DNA of 32,000 nucleotides from assembly GCF_900289195.1 (NCBI RefSeq), contig NZ_OMOH01000003.1, positions 150,001 through 182,000 on the forward strand, read 5' to 3'. Below the pieces are notes generated by a model, which did not search any database, was not told where the DNA came from, and was given only the letters and a program-made list of their open reading frames with translations. This document shows positions 27,062 through 32,000 of this stretch, one piece after another. The translations under genes and the position numbers were made by a program. This stretch comes from Propionibacterium ruminifibrarum. GTDB taxonomy: Bacteria; Actinomycetota; Actinomycetes; Propionibacteriales; Propionibacteriaceae. Position 1 is the first letter of the stretch, and every line of letters starts with the position of its first letter.

Positions 27062-27744
27062 GTGAGAAGCTGCTCACCGACCCGGCCCACGACGGCGACC
27101 TGCGGGTGCCGCCCCCGCTGGCCGAGTTGTCGAACGCCCTCGCCGATCCCGCGACGGCTGCTCTGCTGCCGGCCCAGTGGCTCGCCCGGGGGCAGGGGAG
27201 CCCCTCGGCGGTGCTCCTGCTCCTGTCGGACGGCGCCGACCCGGATCTGGTCTACACCGAGCGGGCCGGTGGCCTGCGGGACCACGGCGGGCAGATCTCG
27301 TTCCCCGGCGGCCGCGCCGATCACGAGGACGAGGGCCCAGTCGCCACCGCCCTGCGCGAGGCGCACGAGGAGATCGGTCTGGGCCCCGATGCCGTGCACG
27401 TGCTCGGCACGATGCCCGCCCTGAGCCTGACCGCCACGGGGTTCGACGTCGTCCCGGTCGTCGGCTGGCGCAGCGCCGAGGCGGCGCTCACACCGGGCGA
27501 CCCCCACGAGGTCGCCAGCGTCCACGCCTGGCCGGTCAGTTCCCTCGCCGATCCGGGCAGGCGCGTCAGCGCCCGCTTCACGGGGCGGACGATCGGCCCG
27601 GCATGGCAGTTCGGCGAGCTGTTCCTCTGGGGTTTCACGGCCTTCCTCACCGACCTGCTGCTGCGCATCGGCGGGTGGGAGCGGCCGTGGGACGCGGGCC
27701 GGGCCGTCGAGGTGCCCGAACGGTTCAGGTCCGACCGGCGCTGA
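27058..27744 (+). CDS. NUDIX hydrolase (CoA pyrophosphatase-like)
   Basis: Nudix box GGRADHEDEGPVATALREAHEEIGL (Gx5Ex7REUxEExGU). ATGA overlap with the RidA stop. Confidence 0.85.
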   Translation: MSEKLLTDPAHDGDLRVPPPLAELSNALADPATAALLPAQWLARGQGSPSAVLLLLSDGADPDLVYTERAGGLRDHGGQISFPGGRADHEDEGPVATALREAHEEIGLGPDAVHVLGTMPALSLTATGFDVVPVVGWRSAEAALTPGDPHEVASVHAWPVSSLADPGRRVSARFTGRTIGPAWQFGELFLWGFTAFLTDLLLRIGGWERPWDAGRAVEVPERFRSDRR

Positions 27745-27796
27745 CCTGGCCCGCCCGCGTTTTGACTGGACCCTCCCGAGGCGTCACTGTGGAGAC

Positions 27797-28150
27797 ATGA
27801 CGAGGATCGACGTGTGGTTGTGGAGCGTGCGCATCTACAAGACCCGCAGCATGGCCACCCAGGCGGTCAAGGGCGGGCACGTCAGGCTCAACGACGCGCC
27901 GATCAAACCGGCCCAGCGGGTCAGCCCCGGCGACATCGTCACGGTCCGCACGCCCGGCTGGGATCGCACGTTCGAGGTCGTCCAGCTGCTCGACAAGCGT
28001 GTCGGCGCCAAGATCGCCCAGGCCGCCTACCGCGACCTGTCCCCCGAGCGGCCCGCCTACCTGGCCAATCCGGTGGCCCGCCGCGACAAGGGTTCGGGCC
28101 GGCCCACGAAGAAGGAACGCCGCGAGATCGACAGGCTGCGGGGGCGGTGA
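27797..28150 (+). CDS. S4 domain RNA-binding protein (Hsp15/HslR-like)
   Basis: MTRIDVWLWSVRIYKTRSMATQAVKGGHVRLN is the S4 / alpha-L motif. Basic C-terminal tail. Confidence 0.8.
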   Translation: MTRIDVWLWSVRIYKTRSMATQAVKGGHVRLNDAPIKPAQRVSPGDIVTVRTPGWDRTFEVVQLLDKRVGAKIAQAAYRDLSPERPAYLANPVARRDKGSGRPTKKERREIDRLRGR

Positions 28151-28175
28151 GGAGGCCGCTCCGGGCCTCCTCACC
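28146..28175. terminator. hairpin between the convergent S4-domain gene and ptsI
   Basis: GGTGAGGAGGCC-6 nt-GGCCTCCTCACC: a perfect 12-bp stem overlapping the S4 gene stop codon, 11 nt from the ptsI stop. Confidence 0.5.
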
Positions 28176-28185
28176 GCCTGCCCGC

Positions 28186-29871
28186 TCAGGCGCCGAGAAG
28201 GGCTGCCGCCCTCGCCTTGGCGGTCACTGCGTCGGGGGCCGTGACGGCGGCCTGGGCCGCCTGACGGCACTGCTCGATCGTCACGTCGCCGAGCTGCACG
28301 CCTACTGCGGGCAGGGCGGGGGAGGCCATTGACAGCGAGGTGACGCCGAGGCCGGCGAGCACGCAGGCCAGCAGCGGGTCGGCGGCCGCCTCACCGCACA
28401 CACCGACCGGCTTGTTGGCGCGCAGGCCGGCCTGCGCGGCCATCTGGATGAGCCTCAGGACGGCCGGCTGCCACGGGTCGTTCAGCGCAGCCAGGTGCGG
28501 GGACAGCCGGTCCGAGGCCATGGCGTACTGGGTCAGGTCATTCGTGCCGATCGAGAAGAACTCGACCTCGGCGAGCACCTGGTCGGCGTTCAGCGCGACG
28601 GCGGGCACCTCGACCATGACCCCGGGCCACAGGCCGCGGTCGCGGCAGGACTTCGCGAAGTCGCGGGCCTCGGCAACGGTGGCGACCATCGGGGCCATGA
28701 CCCAGACGTCGATGTCGAGGCCGGACTTGGCCGCCGCGATCGCGTCGAGCTGGTGGGCGAGCAGCTCCGGGTTGTCGGTGGCCAGGCGCAGGCCACGGAC
28801 ACCGAGCGCCGGGTTCTCCTCGGTCTCGAAGTTCGCGAAGGCCAGTGGCTTGTCCGAGCCGGCGTCCAGGGTGCGGATGACCACGTGCGTGTGGCCGCCG
28901 CGGCCGGCGTACGGTTCGAGGACCTCGCGGTAGATCGCGGCCTGGTCCTCGATGGTCGGTTCAGTGGGGGCCGACAGGAAACTCAGCTCGGTGCGGAACA
29001 GGCCGACGCCCTCGCTCTCACCGGCCGCCGCCTTGACCGCGGCGTCGCCGTTGCCCACATTGGCCAGCAGCTCGACGCCGTAACCGTCGCTCGTACGGCC
29101 CGGACCCTTCCAGGCGCGGACGCGGTTGAGGTAGGCGGCCGATTCGGCCACGGCGGCCTCGGCCTTGTCCGGGTCGGGGTTGGAGACGACCGTGCCGGCC
29201 CTGCCGTCGACGAGTACGGGGGTGTCGTTCTTGATCTGGCGGATGGCCTTGCCGGTGCCGACGATGCACGGGATGCCCAGCTGGCGGGCGATGATGGCGG
29301 TGTGGCTCGTCTTGCCGCCGGCCTCGGTGACCAGCGCGACGGTGAGTTCGGGATCGAGGCCGGCGGTGTCCGCCGGGGCGAGATCCTCGGCCACCAGGAC
29401 GATGGGCCGGGTGGGCTCGGGTACCCCGGGTGCCGGTTCGCCGCGCAGTTCGGCGATGACCCGGTCGCGGATGTCCCGCAGGTCGGTGGTGCGTTCGGCG
29501 TACAGGCCGCCGAGGCGTTCGAACTGGGTGACCAGGTTGTCGACGGCCTGCACGACGGCCCACTCGGCGGTCTCGTTCTGCTTGATGAGCTTCTTCACCG
29601 CGCGGGACAGGCCCCGGTCGGCGGTGAGCTCGGCCGTGGCGCGCAGCACCTCGGCGGCGTTTCCGGTGGCATGCTCGGCCCGGTCGAGAAGGTTGTCCTG
29701 CACCGCCACGACGGCCTCGGCGAAATGGTCGATCTCGGCCTGCTGCTCGCTCTCCTCGATCGTGCCCTGGGTGGGCAACTGCGGTCGCGGTTGCACACGG
29801 CTGACCGGCGCGTACGCGACGCCGGACACCACGCCGGTTCCGGTGACTGTCAGTGATTCTGTCTGGGCCAT
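28186..29871 (-). CDS. ptsI: phosphoenolpyruvate-protein phosphotransferase (PTS Enzyme I)
   Basis: Active-site region GGKTSHTAIIARQLGIPCIVG and a C-terminal PEP-utilising TIM barrel (SIGTNDLTQY). I prefer ATG 29871 (MAQTESL, GAGGAAG SD) over the ORF-track start at 29925. Confidence 0.95.
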   Translation of the reverse strand: MAQTESLTVTGTGVVSGVAYAPVSRVQPRPQLPTQGTIEESEQQAEIDHFAEAVVAVQDNLLDRAEHATGNAAEVLRATAELTADRGLSRAVKKLIKQNETAEWAVVQAVDNLVTQFERLGGLYAERTTDLRDIRDRVIAELRGEPAPGVPEPTRPIVLVAEDLAPADTAGLDPELTVALVTEAGGKTSHTAIIARQLGIPCIVGTGKAIRQIKNDTPVLVDGRAGTVVSNPDPDKAEAAVAESAAYLNRVRAWKGPGRTSDGYGVELLANVGNGDAAVKAAAGESEGVGLFRTELSFLSAPTEPTIEDQAAIYREVLEPYAGRGGHTHVVIRTLDAGSDKPLAFANFETEENPALGVRGLRLATDNPELLAHQLDAIAAAKSGLDIDVWVMAPMVATVAEARDFAKSCRDRGLWPGVMVEVPAVALNADQVLAEVEFFSIGTNDLTQYAMASDRLSPHLAALNDPWQPAVLRLIQMAAQAGLRANKPVGVCGEAAADPLLACVLAGLGVTSLSMASPALPAVGVQLGDVTIEQCRQAAQAAVTAPDAVTAKARAAALLGA

Positions 29872-29998
29872 GACTTCCTCCTGCACGCCCCGCTGGGGCC
29901 GTGAACCGCGTCGGCGCGGCCACAAGGGGTAGACGAATGCCCTCAGTGTCGCACGTCCGGCCGGTCGCGTGCAGGGTGCCCAGTTTCTGGGCCGCGGG

Positions 29999-30010
29999 GA
30001 TTCATGAATC
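29999..30010. promoter_or_regulatory. 12-bp perfect palindrome in the ptsI-ptsH divergent region (candidate operator)
   Basis: GATTCATGAATC is self-complementary. A third GAATC copy at 30027-30031 overlaps a TGgGAGAAT extended -10-like element (30022-30030) upstream of ptsH. Confidence 0.3.
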
Positions 30011-30067
30011 GTCCGCGGGTGTGGGAGAATCCCTCACGTACCTGTTCAACAAGGAAGGGATCATCCC

Positions 30068-30334
30068 ATGGCCAGCAAAGACGCAGTCGTCGGTTCCTCG
30101 GTCGGCCTGCACGCCCGCCCCGCGGCGCTCATCGCCGAGAAGGCCGGTGAGTTCGACGATGAGATCCTGCTGTCGATCGCCGGCAGCGACGAGGAGGGCG
30201 TCGACGCGGCCTCCCCGCTCATGATCATGACCCTCGGCGCAGGCCAGGGCGCCACCGTTCGTGTCGAATCCGATGACGCCGCCGCCGTCGAGGCGATCGC
30301 TGCTCTCATCGAGCAGGATCTGGACGCATCCTGA
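30068..30334 (+). CDS. ptsH: phosphocarrier protein HPr
   Basis: 88 aa with the active-site His in VGLHARPAALI. AAGGAAGGG SD 8 nt upstream. Confidence 0.9.
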   Translation: MASKDAVVGSSVGLHARPAALIAEKAGEFDDEILLSIAGSDEEGVDAASPLMIMTLGAGQGATVRVESDDAAAVEAIAALIEQDLDAS

Positions 30335-30383
30335 ACCGTCCGTCTGTTCACGGGCCGCCGGCCCGTCGACACCCGAACTGACA

Positions 30384-30414
30384 GTGGGGCCGCCCCTCGA
30401 AGGGGCGGCCCCAC
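30384..30414. terminator. bidirectional hairpin between convergent ptsH and the holin-X-like gene
   Basis: GTGGGGCCGCCCCT-cga-AGGGGCGGCCCCAC: a perfect 14-bp stem. Confidence 0.55.
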
Positions 30415-30436
30415 GCGTGTTCCAGGGCGGTGTGAC

Positions 30437-30916
30437 TCAGCCGACGTAGGTGCTGGAGTCGCCGCTGTGACGGTTGATGACGCCGCGCTTGGCCTCGGAG
30501 ACGCCCTCGGTGACGGCGTTGGACAGCGCGCTGACGGAGGCCTTGGCCTCGGCGATGGTGGCGGTCGGGGCCTTGACCTTGCGGAACTGCGCGAAGGCGA
30601 TGACGCCGAAGACGATGACGATGATCAGCGAGATCAGGGCCAGGGTCAGGAAGGCGAAGGCCATCGAACCGAGCCATCCGAAACCGACGACGGCGTGGAA
30701 GAAGATCGCGATGCCGAAGACCGCGGCCCACAGCAGGCAGTGCAGCAGGAACAGCCCGAAGGCCGCAACGACGCCCACCCCGAGGCCGCCGATGCCGGCG
30801 TGCTTCGCGGACGGGACGATCTCGGCCCGGGCCAGCTCCTTGATGTCCGAGATCATGTGCGGAACACCGCTCCTGATGGTGGAGATGTAATCCCCGAGTC
30901 GGGAACGCTCAGCCAT
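30437..30916 (-). CDS. membrane protein of the actinobacterial holin-X / phage holin superfamily III-like family
   Basis: N-terminal amphipathic region (DIKELARAEIVPSAKHAG), two long hydrophobic helices, and a C-terminal KV..P.ATIAEAK pattern. I prefer ATG 30916 (GGAGGA SD) over 30970. Confidence 0.6.
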   Translation of the reverse strand: MAERSRLGDYISTIRSGVPHMISDIKELARAEIVPSAKHAGIGGLGVGVVAAFGLFLLHCLLWAAVFGIAIFFHAVVGFGWLGSMAFAFLTLALISLIIVIVFGVIAFAQFRKVKAPTATIAEAKASVSALSNAVTEGVSEAKRGVINRHSGDSSTYVG

Positions 30917-31019
30917 GATTTCCTCCGAACTGTGACGACGGTGCTCCTGGACAAGAGCGTAACGGTTCATCGAGTCCTATGGCACACGAGGTCGGCTTTG
31001 AGGCCTGTTCATTGTCTGG

Positions 31020-32000
31020 TCACAGGCCGGAGACAGGGGAGCCGGCCTGTTGTTCGGCGGCGCCCGCGCCGTCAGGGCCGGTGGGCGTGGCTGCCGACTG
31101 CTGGCGGGCGCGCTGCTCGGCGCGGGCCTTCTCGCGGCGCCTGTTCTTGTGGGCCGCGGTGCGCCACTGCAGCAGGGCCACGGCGATGAGCGCCGAGATG
31201 AGGCTGCCGATCAGCACACCGGCCTTCGCCTCGTCGTAGACGTGGGGGTTGTCGAGGAAGCTCAGGTGCGCGATGAGCAGCGAGACCGTCAGGCCCACGC
31301 CGCCCAGCTCCGCGACGGCGACCATGTCACCCCAGGTGAGGTTGTCACCCAGCGTGGCCTTCGACAGGTGAACGGTCAGCCAGCTGCCCACGAAGATGCC
31401 GATGAACTTGCCGACGACCAGGCCCGCGATGATGCCGAGCGGAACCGGGTCCGTCCACAGCGCCGCGAGCAGTGGTCCGTCGACGTGCACACCGGCGTTC
31501 GTCAGGGCGAAGATCGGCACGACGAGCCCGGCCGACCACGGGTCGATGGTGTGCTGCCAGCGGTCGAGCGGCTCGTTGAGGGCCTCGGGGGTGTTCCGGG
31601 TGAGCAGACCCAGCCCGACCCCGGCGATCGTCGCGTGCACACCGGAATTGAGCATGCAGTACCAGCAGACCAGGAAGATCGGCAGGTAGATCCAGCCGTT
31701 GTCGACTCGTCTGCGCTGCAGGATCCACCACACGAGCATGCAGGCGGCCGCGCCGGCGAGCCACAGCAGGGACAGGTCGGCGCTGAAGACGACGGCGATG
31801 ACGATGATGCCCCCGAGGTCGTCGGCGATGGCCAGGGTGAGCATGAAGGCGCGCAACGAGGGCGGCAGGTGCTTGCCCGCCACGGCGAGGATCGCGAGGG
31901 CGAATGCGATGTCCGTGGCGACCGGGACGGCCCAGCCCCGGACGATGCCGCCCTCGACGGTGCTGTTGATGGCGATGTAGACCAGCGCCGGGCCGGCCAT
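31020..32000 (-). CDS. nhaA: Na+/H+ antiporter NhaA (N-terminus beyond the window edge)
   Basis: VPVATDIAFALAILAVAG and LAIADDLGGIIVIAVVF are the conserved NhaA TM IV / TM V motifs. The ORF runs off the right edge of the window. Confidence 0.9.
   Translation of the reverse strand: MAGPALVYIAINSTVEGGIVRGWAVPVATDIAFALAILAVAGKHLPPSLRAFMLTLAIADDLGGIIVIAVVFSADLSLLWLAGAAACMLVWWILQRRRVDNGWIYLPIFLVCWYCMLNSGVHATIAGVGLGLLTRNTPEALNEPLDRWQHTIDPWSAGLVVPIFALTNAGVHVDGPLLAALWTDPVPLGIIAGLVVGKFIGIFVGSWLTVHLSKATLGDNLTWGDMVAVAELGGVGLTVSLLIAHLSFLDNPHVYDEAKAGVLIGSLISALIAVALLQWRTAAHKNRRREKARAEQRARQQSAATPTGPDGAGAAEQQAGSPVSGL

Noticed and set aside
30437-30916. Holin-family annotation as a possible sign of a prophage or lysis cassette.
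   Set aside because: There is no endolysin, tail, capsid, terminase or integrase gene nearby, and the neighbours are ptsH and nhaA. This family is widespread as a stand-alone actinobacterial membrane protein.

Overview
High-GC actinobacterial chromosome, mostly core housekeeping genes with two or three sugar/polyol modules and one small accessory islet. Calls rest on motifs read directly in the supplied ORF translations and on sequence inspection; no database search was possible. Gene order: dnaX 3' end (guess), ybaB, recR | SigE/ECF-type sigma factor plus Ser/Pro-rich membrane partner (minus strand) | T-box leader plus ileS | beta-hydroxyacid dehydrogenase plus Gfo/Idh/MocA oxidoreductase | DUF1707 protein | aspartokinase (no asd) overlapping murJ | PfkB kinase, membrane-anchored methyltransferase, YbaK-like deacylase | dhaKLM | LacI regulator, diverging across an AT-rich region with a perfect 18-bp palindrome from an oxidoreductase / Hyi-like isomerase / MFS sugar porter operon | ParE-type toxin (frameshifted) plus antitoxin next to tRNA-Pro(CGG) | metallophosphoesterase plus class A PBP | DUF4177, RidA, Nudix, S4-domain protein | divergent ptsI and ptsH | holin-X-like membrane protein | nhaA (cut by the window edge). 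I found no CRISPR array, transposase, integrase, rRNA or recognisable defence system. I found no convincing novel multi-gene system. The most noteworthy items are the decayed toxin-antitoxin islet at the tRNA, the LacI-controlled polyol-like module beside a PTS-dependent dihydroxyacetone kinase with a minimal PTS, the ileS T-box with an SD-sequestering helix, and a series of apparently leaderless promoters. The many long ORFs antisense to or out of frame with real genes are treated as GC-driven artefacts.
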